This document shows, piece by piece, positions 53,102 through 64,000 of a stretch of DNA of 64,000 bases (positions within the stretch are counted from its first letter, which is position 1; the number at the start of each line of letters is the position of its first letter). Position numbers and translations under genes: made by a program. The stretch comes from an uncultured Spirochaetota bacterium. GTDB lineage: Bacteria > Spirochaetota > Spirochaetia > SZUA-6 > CAVTHK01. The notes below the pieces were generated by a model. That model was not told the DNA's origin. It searched no databases and saw only the letters and a list, made by a program, of their open reading frames with translations. The stretch is taken from positions 32,001 to 96,000 of the forward strand of contig CAVTHK010000002.1 of the NCBI GenBank assembly GCA_963734495.1, written 5' to 3'.

Positions 53102-53795
53102 ATGACGCTCCGCATCGGGACCAGCGGCTACAGCTACAAGGAATGGAAGGGGACCTTCTACCCCGAGTCCCTCAAGGCCAACGAGATGCTGGCGTTCTAC
53201 GCGCAGCGGCTCGGCACGGTGGAGATCAACAACACCTTCTACCGCATGCCGACGCGAGCCCTGCTCGAGGGCTGGAGCCTCCCGGGTTCCCGACGGGTTC
53301 CGCTTCGTTCTCAAGGTCGCGCAGAAGATCACGCACTTCAAGCGCCTGAAGGGAGCGGAGGAGGAGACCGCCTATCTCGTCGAGACCGCGGGCGTGATGG
53401 GCGCCAAGCTCGGCGCGCTGCTCGTGCAGCTGCCCCCCAATTTCGCCAGCGCCCCCGAGCGCCTGGAGGCGTTTCTCGGGCTGCTGCCGGCTGGAATGCG
53501 CGCCGCGCTCGAGGTGCGCCACGCTTCGTGGAAGAACCCCGAAGTGCTCGCCCTGCTCGAAAAGCGGGGCGTCGCCCTCGTCACCAGCGAGACGGACGAG
53601 GGTCCCGCCCCGGAGCTGACCCGGACCGCGCCCTGGGGCTACCTGCGGCTGCGGAGGTCTTCGTACACGCCCGAGGAGCTCAAGGAGTGGTCGAAGCGCA
53701 TCGCGGGCCAGGGCTGGGACGAGGCGTTCGTCTTTTTCAAGCACGAGCAGATCGCCCCCGACCTCGCGCAGAAGCTCGCCGGGGTCGCGGCCTGA
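53102..53795 (+). CDS. DUF72 domain protein (frameshift ~53280)
   Basis: IGTSGYSY.EW.G.FYP, TVEINNTFYRMP, LVQLPP, EVRH.SW, YLRLR, VFFKHE. Confidence 0.88.
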
Positions 53796-53814
53796 GGCGG
53801 GCGCCGCGCGCGCC

Positions 53815-54675
53815 CTACACGCCGCCGTACGCGGAAAAGCCGCCGTCCACGGGTATGATCGCCCCGGTCACGAAGGCGGATGCGTCCGAGACCAGCCACA
53901 GCAGCGTGCTGATCAGGTCCTCGGGCCTGCCGAAGCGGCCGAGCGGCGTGCCGTTGAGGATGCGCTGTCCGCGCGGCGTCATCTCCCCCGTCTTCTCGTC
54001 GGTCAGCAGGAAGCGGTTCTGATGGGTGAGGAAGAAGCCCGGCGAGATCGCGTTCACCCTGATGCCCATCTTCGCGAGGTAGACCGCGAGCCACTTGGTG
54101 AGGTTGTCGGTCGCCGCTTTGCCCGCCGAGTACGCGATGGACTTGGTCAACGGCCGCACGGCCCCCATCGACGAGATGTTGACGACGCAGCCGGCCTTCT
54201 TCTCGACCATGGGGCGCAGGAAGACCTGGGTTGGAATGAAGGCTCCCACGAAGTTGAGGTCGGTGATGCCGCGGAAGGCGTCGAGCGGGATGTCGAAGAT
54301 GCTGCGCACCCCTTTCTCGAGGTCGCCGGGCTCGAGGAACTCCTTGCCGGTCGAAGCCTGAGGCGATGCGCCGCCGGCGCCGTTGACCAGCACGTCGACG
54401 GTGCCGAAGGCTTCCAGCACGCGGCCGCAGGCCGCCTCCGCGGAGCCGCGGTCGAGCACGTCGCACACGACGGCCAGCGCCTCGCCTCCGCCGGCGCGGA
54501 TGGCGGAGGCCACCTCTTCGGTGTTCTGGATGCGGCGTCCGAGCACTGCGACGCGGGCGCCGGCTTCGCCCAGGGCGCGGGCCATGGCCCCGCAGAGCAC
54601 GCCGCCGCCGCCTGTGACGGCGCACACCTTGCCCTCGACGCCGAACATCTTTCCCGCAAAGTCGTTCCCTGCCAC
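53815..54675 (-). CDS. SDR oxidoreductase (D-mannonate oxidoreductase-like)
   Basis: VTGGGGVLC, LVNGAGG, NISSM...PLTK..AYSAGK, NAISPGFF. Confidence 0.88.
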   Translation of the reverse strand: MAGNDFAGKMFGVEGKVCAVTGGGGVLCGAMARALGEAGARVAVLGRRIQNTEEVASAIRAGGGEALAVVCDVLDRGSAEAACGRVLEAFGTVDVLVNGAGGASPQASTGKEFLEPGDLEKGVRSIFDIPLDAFRGITDLNFVGAFIPTQVFLRPMVEKKAGCVVNISSMGAVRPLTKSIAYSAGKAATDNLTKWLAVYLAKMGIRVNAISPGFFLTHQNRFLLTDEKTGEMTPRGQRILNGTPLGRFGRPEDLISTLLWLVSDASAFVTGAIIPVDGGFSAYGGV

Positions 54676-54688
54676 CCGTGTCTCCCTT

Positions 54689-55456
54689 TCAGAACCCTAT
54701 CGAGATGCCGCCGTCGACCACCAGGCAGGCGCCCGTGACGAAGCGCGCCGCGGGCGAGCACAGGTAGACCGCCGCCCAGCCGACGTCCTCCGGCTGCCCC
54801 ATGGCTTTCATGGGCGTGCGCGCGAGCACCTTGGCCTTGCGCTCCGGGTCCTTGTCGACGGTGAGCTGAAGCAGCTCCGTGCGGATCCAGCCCGGGGCGA
54901 TGGCGTTGACGCGCACCCCGCGGCCCGACCACTCCGTGGCCAGGGCCCGCACAAGGCCCAGGTAGGCGCTTTTGGCTGCAGTGTAGCCGGCCACGTAGGG
55001 GATGCCGAAGAGGGAAGCCATCGAGGCGATGAACACCATGGAGCCCTTGCCCCGTTCGAGCATCCCCCGCGCCGCCTGCCGGCTCACGGCAAAGGCGCCC
55101 ATCACGTGCACGTCCAGCACCTGCCGGAACTCGGCCTCCGTCATCTCTTCGGTGGGCTTCTTGATCGTCGACCCGGCATTGTTGACCAGGATCGCGATCG
55201 GGCCGTGCTCCGCCTCCACCGAGGCGACCAGGCCCTCGGCCGAAGCCGTGTCCGTCACATCGTGCAGGCGGTAAGCTGCCCGCGGCCCGAGCTCCGCGGC
55301 CGCTTTGCGCAGCACGTCCTCCCGCCGCGCGGCCAGCACGACCTTTTTCGCTCCTGCGGCCAGAAAGGCCTGCGCGATCGCTTTTCCGATCCCCGTGCCG
55401 CCGCCCGTGATGAGAGCGACTTCGCCCTCGAGAGAGAATGCTTCAGGGTAGTTCAT
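54689..55456 (-). CDS. SDR oxidoreductase (gluconate 5-dehydrogenase-like)
   Basis: LITGGGTGIG, LVNNAG, YTAAK, NAIAPGWI, VDGG. Confidence 0.9.
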   Translation of the reverse strand: MNYPEAFSLEGEVALITGGGTGIGKAIAQAFLAAGAKKVVLAARREDVLRKAAAELGPRAAYRLHDVTDTASAEGLVASVEAEHGPIAILVNNAGSTIKKPTEEMTEAEFRQVLDVHVMGAFAVSRQAARGMLERGKGSMVFIASMASLFGIPYVAGYTAAKSAYLGLVRALATEWSGRGVRVNAIAPGWIRTELLQLTVDKDPERKAKVLARTPMKAMGQPEDVGWAAVYLCSPAARFVTGACLVVDGGISIGF

Positions 55457-56029
55457 CCGAGGTACTGCATGATGCCGCGGCGCACCATCATCACGCCGAT
55501 GGCGCCGAGAAAAAGGTTCGTCACCTTGCTCAGCGCCCGGGTGCCCGGCTCGCCGAGGAGAGCGATCACCCAGCGGGAGGCAAAAAAGAGGCCGCCCGTG
55601 ATCAGGAGGTTCGCGACCACTGCGACCAGCGTGATCGCGAGCCCGTGCTGTTCGAACCAGAAGAAGGGTCGTCGTGAGCAGGGCCGGCCCCGCGACGAGC
55701 GGCGTCCCTAGAGGCACAATCCCCAAGGCGTCTCCGGGAAGACGGCCGGCCTTTTCCGTCGTGAGCAGGTCCATGATCGCGATGCAGAACAGGATCGCCC
55801 CGCCGGCCACGAGAAAATCGCCGACGCTGATGCCGAGGAAGGCGAAGATGGCCCGGCCCAGAAAGAGGAACCCGATCGCCAGGCCGGCCGCCGTCGTGAT
55901 CGACTGGACGATCACCCGCCGCCTGTCCTCCGCGCTCATGTCGTGCGTGAGGGAGATGTATATGGGAAGGACCCCGATCGGATCGACGGCCACGAAAACA
56001 GGGATGAAGGCGAGCAGAAGGTTCTTCAT
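55453..56029 (-). CDS. MarC family membrane protein (frameshift ~55665)
   Basis: FVAVDPIG.LP, VAGG.ILF, IVPLGTPLVAGP. Confidence 0.85.
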
Positions 56030-56035
56030 GGCAAC

Positions 56036-56070
56036 AAAAAAGGGAAGCCGGCCCACGGCCGACTTCCCTT
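56036..56070 (-). terminator. Rho-independent terminator after groEL
   Basis: On -: AAGGGAAGTCGGCC-gt-GGGCCGGCTTCCCT followed by a T-run. Confidence 0.75.
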
Positions 56071-56089
56071 CACCTTAACCGTTTCCGGG

Positions 56090-57733
<1,644 letters not shown>

Positions 57734-58092
57734 TCAGGATGCTCTTGAGTTACGGCCCCCGACACGGGACCTTTCGTGGGAAGAAGATACAACGAGCGGG
57801 CCGAGACGATCAAGATGGCGCGTTGCCTCGCCAGGAGACGTCCTCCACGGGCGAATCCTTGACTCCTCTTCTGCCTATGGTACCGTGGAGGGGTGAAGCT
57901 GCGCCCTGATCCTCTGCAGGGAGGGCTCCAACGGGTGCCCTCATCCGACAGCACCATCTACCGGTCCACCGGTCTGGATGCAACACTCAATCGCCGAACC
58001 CTGTCACAGGACTTCCATGGCCTCCGCGGTGAGTCAGCCCGGCAGACTGATAGCCGGGGTTCGGATGACAGCGACATGAGGAGGGAAGATCA

Positions 58093-58545
58093 ATGAAGTA
58101 CCGTTTCCATATGATCGGGCTGGCGCTCGGCGTCCTCGTGCTCGGGCTGGGTTGCGCGGTCATGCCCAAGACGGCCTCCGGGCCGGCCTTCGCAGCCGCG
58201 CAGGTCCCTGAGGGGAAGGCAGTGGTCTACTTCTTTCGGACCCAGAAGTTCATGATGAGCGCGAATACCATCTTCATGTCCATCCCCAAAGCGGCAAACA
58301 ACTGCTTTGGCATGGTCCCTGGCGGATACTATCCCTACGTTACGGAGCCGGGAAGACTCACCGTGGGCTTTGCGGCGCGGGATGGGGAAAAGGACTTTAC
58401 GATCGACCTGAAGGCGGGCGATGCCCGGTATGTGCAGGTTGATTTCAGCGACGATCTGGTTCCTGCGTCGTTCTACAAAGAGATCCCGGAAGCCGAGGCC
58501 GCTCCGAAAATGAGCAAATACCGCACGGTCAGTCCTTGCAGGTAG
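58093..58545 (+). CDS. Lipoprotein, DUF2846-like
   Basis: LGLGC lipobox; PEGKAVVYFFR...GGYY....PG...L.AG...YV; codon usage is more AT-rich than its neighbours. Confidence 0.65.
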   Translation: MKYRFHMIGLALGVLVLGLGCAVMPKTASGPAFAAAQVPEGKAVVYFFRTQKFMMSANTIFMSIPKAANNCFGMVPGGYYPYVTEPGRLTVGFAARDGEKDFTIDLKAGDARYVQVDFSDDLVPASFYKEIPEAEAAPKMSKYRTVSPCR

Positions 58546-58718
58546 GCCTCGCTGCCCGGCACAACTGACCGTCGCGACGTTGCCCGACGTAAGCGTTGAC
58601 CGGGCTGCGGCGCGGGCGTAGACTGGGCCTCCGATCGCGGCGCTGCGCGACGCGCGATGCCTTTCGCGGGGGCGAGGCAGTCGGCGTATTCTCCGGCTCG
58701 ACGGGGGCACCGTAGTCC

Positions 58719-59921
58719 ATGGCCAAGCAAGACATGGGCCTGCTTCAGCGCAGCCTCACCGCCGGAAGGATCTTCGAGGCGGTCCTGCGCCGCGACTGCT
58801 TTCTCCTCCTGGGGCACCAGAACCCTGACGACGACTGCATCGCCGCGCTCGTGGCCGTCGGGCTGCTGCTCAAGAAGCTCCACAAGCAGGTGCACGTCTA
58901 CTTCGGCGGGGACGTGCACGAGCACTTCGACTACCTCCTCTCCATCTGCCGCTACAACCAGATCGGGCTCGCAGGCCCCGGCGCCGCCTCAGGAGCCGGC
59001 GGCGATGCGGGCTCGGCGCCGCCGGAGGACTGCAGGTTCGACACGGTGATCATCTGCGACACGCCGAAGCCCGAGATGATCGACGCGCCCGCATGGGCGC
59101 TCCCGCTGCTCTCCGACCCGGGCGTGCTCCGGATCGAGATCGACCACCACCTCGGCGCGGACAGCGACTACATCGGCGACCCCGGCTATCGCCTGGTCAC
59201 CGAGGCTTCGTCGGCCTCGGAGCTCGTCGGGCGCCTCGCGCTGGTCCTGCGCCGCAGGCGCGACGTCCTGCTGCGCTACCAGATCCAGGACCCGTTCTCG
59301 CGCAACTTCGTCCTGGCGGTGCTGACGGGCATCATCGGCGACTCGAGGATGGGGCAGTACCTGAAGTCGCGGAGGGAAAGGCGCTACTACCGGCGGTTCA
59401 GCAGGATGTTCAACCGCCTGCTCAGCCGGCAGACCGTCCAGGAGTCCAATCTCGCGGACATGGAGCAGGTCTTCCGCGAGCTGCAGAAGCTCTCCGCGGG
59501 CGAGCAGAAGTGCTTCGAGTTCTTCCTGAGCCACAAGCGGCGTTCCCCGTCGGTCTCCTGGGTCGCGCTGAGCGAAGCCGACATGGCGGGCTTCGACTGC
59601 GACGTCGATACGACCGTGCAGGTGGCGCGGGCCGTCACCGACGTCCTCGCCGAGGAAAGCGGGAAGCTCGGCCTGGTCGCCTACTACGACGGGCCGCACG
59701 AAGGGGGCCTGGCCCAATTCCGGCTGCGGCGGAGCAAGGACTACAAGCTGTACGACCTGCGCGAGGTGTTGTCGTTCTTCGGCATCCGCAACGGCGGCGG
59801 GCACGAGGGCGCCATCGGGTTCCGCTTCCCCGCCCGTGAGGTGCCCGACATCGAGGCGAAGACGCGCGAGCTCATCGAGGGGATCGAGCACGTCCTGCCG
59901 TCGGAGACCGTGACCGGCTGA
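58719..59921 (+). CDS. DHH family phosphoesterase
   Basis: GHQNPDDDC, ICDT, IDHH, SASEL, GIIGDS, GGGH. Confidence 0.85.
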   Translation: MAKQDMGLLQRSLTAGRIFEAVLRRDCFLLLGHQNPDDDCIAALVAVGLLLKKLHKQVHVYFGGDVHEHFDYLLSICRYNQIGLAGPGAASGAGGDAGSAPPEDCRFDTVIICDTPKPEMIDAPAWALPLLSDPGVLRIEIDHHLGADSDYIGDPGYRLVTEASSASELVGRLALVLRRRRDVLLRYQIQDPFSRNFVLAVLTGIIGDSRMGQYLKSRRERRYYRRFSRMFNRLLSRQTVQESNLADMEQVFRELQKLSAGEQKCFEFFLSHKRRSPSVSWVALSEADMAGFDCDVDTTVQVARAVTDVLAEESGKLGLVAYYDGPHEGGLAQFRLRRSKDYKLYDLREVLSFFGIRNGGGHEGAIGFRFPAREVPDIEAKTRELIEGIEHVLPSETVTG

Positions 59922-59981
59922 ATCCCGCGAGCACGCGGGACCAGGACGCCTCCGCCGCTCGGGGCCTCGCCTCCCGTGAGG

Positions 59982-60629
59982 CTACTTCGGGAATGCTCCC
60001 TTGAGGTGCCCGTTGCCGCCGGCGAGCCTGCGGGCCTCGATCGTCCGCCGCACCTTCTGCAGGACCCGCTCCAGCGTCTCGACGCCGCGCTCCAGCCGCT
60101 CGCGGGTCGAGGTCGTCTCCAGCGCCTGCTGCCTTTCCTGCGCCGAGAAGCCCTCGGCCGCCGCGATCCGGAACGACAGCTCTTCCGGCGAAAGCCTCTG
60201 CAGGCCCGTGAGGTCCGCGGGCCTCCCCAGCATCCCGGCAAGCTGCACCAGCAGCGCGGTCCCCCGCGCCGCGAGGTCCGCCGGCGGCCCTTCGCCGCTC
60301 TCGGCGGAATCTTCCAGCGGCTCGGTGAGGGCCTCGATGTACGGCTTGCCTTCGCGCAGCTCGAGGATGCGGAAACGCTTCATCCCGACGGTGATGATGT
60401 CCATCCGGCCGTCGGGATAGCGGCGCAGCACCCGCCGAACAGCCGCGGTGCATCCCACGCTCTCCGTCCGCTCGCCATCGCTCAGCACCACGCCGAACTC
60501 GCTCTCACGTTCGACGCACTCGCCGATCATGAGCTTGTAGCGTTCCTCGAAGATATGAAGTGGAAGGCTCATGCCGGGCAGGAGCACGACGCTGAGGGGA
60601 AAGAGGGGAAGAGCGGCCTCGTCGGCCAT
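59982..60629 (-). CDS. LON peptidase substrate-binding domain protein (stand-alone Lon N domain)
   Basis: LPLFPL.VVL.PG..LPLHIFEERYK.MI, VGC.A, DGR.DI...G..RFRI, ERQ..LE. Confidence 0.88.
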   Translation of the reverse strand: MADEAALPLFPLSVVLLPGMSLPLHIFEERYKLMIGECVERESEFGVVLSDGERTESVGCTAAVRRVLRRYPDGRMDIITVGMKRFRILELREGKPYIEALTEPLEDSAESGEGPPADLAARGTALLVQLAGMLGRPADLTGLQRLSPEELSFRIAAAEGFSAQERQQALETTSTRERLERGVETLERVLQKVRRTIEARRLAGGNGHLKGAFPK

Positions 60630-60738
60630 CTTCCCTCCAGTATAGCGGCCCCCCCGCGCGGTCGCCAACAGAGGGGATGGCGCCACATCGGGCGCCGCCA
60701 GGCGCCCTGGTCCCCGGAGGTCCCGCGTACTCGCGGGA

Positions 60739-60822
60739 GATGGCGCAGGCGCCACCCAAGCGACAGGATGTCACGGGGGTGGCGCCGCCAGGGATGGCGC
60801 AGGCGCCACCCAGGCGACAGGA
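60739..60822. repeat. Two 30-bp direct repeats with nested inverted repeats (REP-like)
   Basis: GATGGCGCAGGCGCCACCCA(A/G)GCGACAGGA at 60739-60768 and 60793-60822; GGCGCCACCC/GGGTGGCGCC inverted pair. Confidence 0.7.
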
Positions 60823-60823
60823 C

Positions 60824-61762
60824 CTACCGGCTGACCAGCGTGCCGGCTGCCGCGAGGTCCGCGAGCCACCGCTCGATGTCGGGCGGGAGAGGCCCCAGCG
60901 GGTTGCGCTGCAGGCGCAGCGTTTTGAGCGATGCGAGCGTGGTGATCGACGCCGGCAGGCCCGCGATCCGGTTCCCGTCCAGCACCAGGTACTCCAGGGC
61001 CTCGAGGCCGCCGATGCTCTCGGGTAAACGCTCGATGCGGTTGTTCTTGCACACCAGCTCGCGCAGCTTCGTGAGCCTGCCGATTTCGGCGGGCAGCCGC
61101 TCGAGCCTGTTCTCATACAGCGACAGCTCGTCCAGGGCGACCAGCGAAGCGATGCACTCCGGAATTTCAGTAAGAAGGTTGCCGCCAAGCGTGAGCTCGC
61201 GAAGCCCGGTGAGCTCGCAGACCCAGCCCGGGACGCGGACCATGCGGTTGCCGTACAGCACGAGCCTCGTGAGGCGGCGCAGGCCGCGCACCCAGGCGGG
61301 GACGTCGGTCAGCCCGAGGCGCGACAGGTAGAGCGCTTCCAGGCGCGAGAGCTCCCCGATCCATGGGGGAAGCTCGAGCCCCGGGTTCGCGGACAGGTCC
61401 AGGCTCCTGAGGTTGCGCAGGCCGCGGATGGCGGGCGGCACTTCGGCGAGCTCCGTGCCGCCGAGGCCGAGCTCCTCGAGGTCCGGGAGGGCCCCAAGCG
61501 AATCGTCCACGCTCCGCAGCGGGTTCCCGGTGATGCGCAGCCTGCGGAGGCTGCCGAGGGCCGTCAGGCCTGCGGGGAGTCCGGTCAGGCCGGCCCCGTG
61601 GAGCTCGATCTCGGTGATCGCGCCGTCGCGCACCCGGTAGCCGAAATGATGCCAGTCGAAGGCATCGACGCGCGGCACCGGCTTCCCGATGCGGCGGGCG
61701 AGGTCGTTGAGCGCCTCACGGTCCGCCGGCGCGAGTGTCCCGCCGGCGGGCCCGTCCGTCAC
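60824..61762 (-). CDS. Leucine-rich repeat protein
   Basis: About ten 23-aa repeats LP..I..L..L..L.L..N.L. Confidence 0.9.
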   Translation of the reverse strand: MTDGPAGGTLAPADREALNDLARRIGKPVPRVDAFDWHHFGYRVRDGAITEIELHGAGLTGLPAGLTALGSLRRLRITGNPLRSVDDSLGALPDLEELGLGGTELAEVPPAIRGLRNLRSLDLSANPGLELPPWIGELSRLEALYLSRLGLTDVPAWVRGLRRLTRLVLYGNRMVRVPGWVCELTGLRELTLGGNLLTEIPECIASLVALDELSLYENRLERLPAEIGRLTKLRELVCKNNRIERLPESIGGLEALEYLVLDGNRIAGLPASITTLASLKTLRLQRNPLGPLPPDIERWLADLAAAGTLVSR

Positions 61763-63219
61763 TGCTTGACCTCGAAGTGCTCCCCGTACTTGCGCCTGTA
61801 GTACTCGAGTCGGGCCTGCAGATCGCCCTTGCGGTCGGCGCGCGCCGCTTCGGCAGCGGCGGCCGCGGGCGCAGCGGCGACAGGGACCGCGGTTTCGGCT
61901 TCGGCCCGGCCCGCTTCGACCCGCGCGGCGCCCGCCCGGTCGCGGCCGCCCTCGCCGCCGCGTCCGCGCCGCTCGCCGCGATCGCCCCGCCGCGCGAGCC
62001 CGCCGCTGCGGCCGCGGCCGCCGCGGTCATCGCGGTCGCCGCGGCGCAGCCACGAGCCCATGCGGAGCCCGCGGCTCGAGTCTACGGCGATGAGCTCGTC
62101 GGTCACCGGGCGAACCGGGATCTTCGCGCCTATGAACTTCTCGATCGCTTCCAGCCCGTAGACGAAGCGCTCGCAAGCCAGGCTCACGGCCTTGCCCTGC
62201 TTGCCCTGCCGCGCGGTGCGGCCGATGCGGTGCACATACCCTTCGGCGTTTTCGGGCAGGTCGTAGTTGACGACGAGCTCCAGGTCGTTTATGTGCAGGC
62301 CTCGCGCGGCCACGTCCGTGGCGACGAGGTAGCGCAGCCGCCCGTCCTTGATCTCGTCGATGATCTTGAGGCGCTTCTTCTGGGTGAGGTCCCCCATGAT
62401 GAACTCGACCCTGTAGCCGTTGTGGCGCAGCCGCTCCGCGACCTCGACGGCTGCCTGCTTGGTGTTCGTGAAGATCAGCGCGTTTTCGGGGTTCTCTTTG
62501 GCAAGCAGGCCCAGCAGGAGACGCAGCTTCTCGCTGCCCGACACGTGGTAGAGCTCCTGCACGACCGTCTCGACCGTGACCTGATCGGGCTCGACGAGGA
62601 TCTCCGCAGGGTCGTTCATGTGCTCCCACGCGAGGTGCGCGACGTTGGTCGACAGCGTCGCGCTGAAGAGCATCGTCATCCGCTCCTTTGGCGGCCTCAT
62701 GCCGCGGAGGATGCGCCTGAGATCCGGGAGGAAGCCCATGTCGAAGAGCCGGTCCGCCTCGTCGATGACGAAGAAGCCGAAGTCCCGGAAGTCGATCCTG
62801 CGATTCCCGCGCGCGAAGTCGAGGAGCCGGCCCGGAGTCCCGATGACCAGCTCCACCTTGCGGGCGAGCGCCTCCTCCTGCGGCCCGTAACCGACGCCGC
62901 CGAAGACGACGACGGTGCCAAAGGGGAGATGCCCTCCGAGCAGGCGGGCCTCCTGCTCGATCTGCACCGCCAGCTCGCGCGTCGGTGCGATCACGAGCGC
63001 CCGGCGCGGGTAGGGGCAGTCGGGCCGCAGCAGGTGGTGGTAGATCGTGACGAGGAACGCGGCGGTCTTGCCGGTTCCCGTCTGCGACTGGACGAATACG
63101 TCGCGTCCCGTGAGGGAATGAGCGAACGTCTCGGCCTGGACCTGCGTGCACTCGGTGAACCCGGCATCCCGGGTACCGGCGAGCAGGTCAGGGTGGAGAT
63201 CAAGTTGTGTGAATTGCAT
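61759..63219 (-). CDS. DEAD-box RNA helicase (RhlB-like)
   Basis: GF..CT.VQ, SQTGTGKT, PTREL, GTPGR, DEAD, SAT, TDVAARGLHI, HRIGRTAR; RG-rich tail. Confidence 0.93.
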   Translation of the reverse strand: MQFTQLDLHPDLLAGTRDAGFTECTQVQAETFAHSLTGRDVFVQSQTGTGKTAAFLVTIYHHLLRPDCPYPRRALVIAPTRELAVQIEQEARLLGGHLPFGTVVVFGGVGYGPQEEALARKVELVIGTPGRLLDFARGNRRIDFRDFGFFVIDEADRLFDMGFLPDLRRILRGMRPPKERMTMLFSATLSTNVAHLAWEHMNDPAEILVEPDQVTVETVVQELYHVSGSEKLRLLLGLLAKENPENALIFTNTKQAAVEVAERLRHNGYRVEFIMGDLTQKKRLKIIDEIKDGRLRYLVATDVAARGLHINDLELVVNYDLPENAEGYVHRIGRTARQGKQGKAVSLACERFVYGLEAIEKFIGAKIPVRPVTDELIAVDSSRGLRMGSWLRRGDRDDRGGRGRSGGLARRGDRGERRGRGGEGGRDRAGAARVEAGRAEAETAVPVAAAPAAAAAEAARADRKGDLQARLEYYRRKYGEHFEVKQ

Positions 63220-63339
63220 CTGTCTTGGAGGAGTGTCCTTAGCGAAGCGTGTTTCGACTAAGATAGCGCAAATGCGCGGCAGTGCCAACCGGCGCCCGCC
63301 CGCGGACCCGCCCGCCGACCCGCCGAATTGAGCGGGCCT

Positions 63340-64000
63340 TCAGCCGGTAAAGAAGAGCGCGGCGGCGCCGGCCACGGCGACCGCGGTGCCCGCCGCCGCG
63401 CGCGCGGTGATCCGCTCGCCGGTCACCAGGCGCGAGAGGGGCAGGAGCAGGATCGGCGAGGTCTGCATCAGGGTCGAAGCGACCCCGATCTCGACCCGCG
63501 CGATCGCGTAGAGCGAGAGGGCGACTCCGAGAAAGGGGCCCGCCAGGGTGCCGGCGAGGACGAGGACGGCCGTCCTCGGGACCGAGGCCGCGCGGAAGTC
63601 CGCCAGCGCGCGTCCGGATACGGCTGCCCAGAGCCCCATCCCGAAGGAGCCGGCAGTGAGCCGGACGAGGTTGGCAGCGACCGGCGACATCCCCTCCTGC
63701 AGGGCCAGCTTCGAAAGGAGCAGCCCGCCGGCCTGCCCGACGGCTCCACCGCAGGCGCAGGCCACGCCCCAGAGCCTGCGTCGCCGCGCGTGGGCGGCCT
63801 TCGCATCCGCGTCTGCGCCGGCATCGGCCGCCGGCTCGGTTCCCGCGGCGGGACCCGCCACCACCACCGCGATGCCGGCGAGCGTCACGGCGATCATCGC
63901 CGCCTTCCAGAGGCTCAGCCGCTCGCCGAGGACGACGAAGCCGAGGAACGCGCCGAAGATGGGCACCGAGGTCATGATCAGCATGGTCGTCCGCGCGCCG
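63340..64000 (-). CDS. DMT/EamA family transporter (5' end outside the window)
   Basis: PIFGA.LG..VLGERL, GVASTLMQTSPI..LPL....GERIT; hydrophobic helices. Confidence 0.85.
   Translation of the reverse strand, partial: GARTTMLIMTSVPIFGAFLGFVVLGERLSLWKAAMIAVTLAGIAVVVAGPAAGTEPAADAGADADAKAAHARRRRLWGVACACGGAVGQAGGLLLSKLALQEGMSPVAANLVRLTAGSFGMGLWAAVSGRALADFRAASVPRTAVLVLAGTLAGPFLGVALSLYAIARVEIGVASTLMQTSPILLLPLSRLVTGERITARAAAGTAVAVAGAAALFFTG

Noticed and set aside
53102-53795. DUF72 gene as part of the NHEJ system
   Set aside because: It lies 4 kb away, separated by unrelated metabolic genes, and no linkage is evident here.
57985-58070. c-di-AMP (ydaO) or c-di-GMP riboswitch
   Set aside because: Only fragments resemble them and the conserved cores (GGGGGA.CC, GCAAA/GAAA pairs) are missing; kept only as an unassigned structured leader.
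60739-60822. 30-bp repeat / 24-bp spacer / 30-bp repeat as a mini CRISPR array
   Set aside because: Only two units, the spacer is itself complementary to the repeat, and there is no cas gene or AT-rich leader.

Overview
This is a very GC-rich bacterial chromosomal window, most consistent with a free-living Spirochaetia-like organism. That call is an inference from the 'AGGQ-EK/PDK' N-termini of the solute-binding proteins, a stand-alone groEL and an ARO7-type chorismate mutase. About 55 protein genes are recognisable. More than 15 are broken by apparent single-base indels, most likely uncorrected long-read errors. Main content: (1) hsp20 behind a sigma-54-type promoter, a DtxR/MntR regulator and a ROK-ppx-ppk1 operon. 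(2) A ~22 kb catabolic locus (15.9-37.6 kb) with two ABC importers, a GntR regulator, an ADP-ribosylglycohydrolase, a QueG-like Fe-S protein, two aldolases, a DUF4038-type hydrolase, and Ldh_2 and URO-D family enzymes. Five copies of a GTTATAAC-core palindrome at its promoters tie it together. (3) A group II intron with an RT ORF, apparently inserted into a 16-bp palindrome, whose 3' end seems to lack the branch-point segment. (4) The best novel-system candidate, an atypical NHEJ locus (43.9-48.9 kb). Ku, an intact stand-alone ATP-dependent ligase and a BRCT-MerR-TPR protein form one operon, facing a LigD whose phosphoesterase and polymerase domains look intact but whose ligase domain has lost its catalytic residues and OB fold. 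(5) Housekeeping and metabolic genes to the right end. No rRNA, tRNA or CRISPR array was seen.
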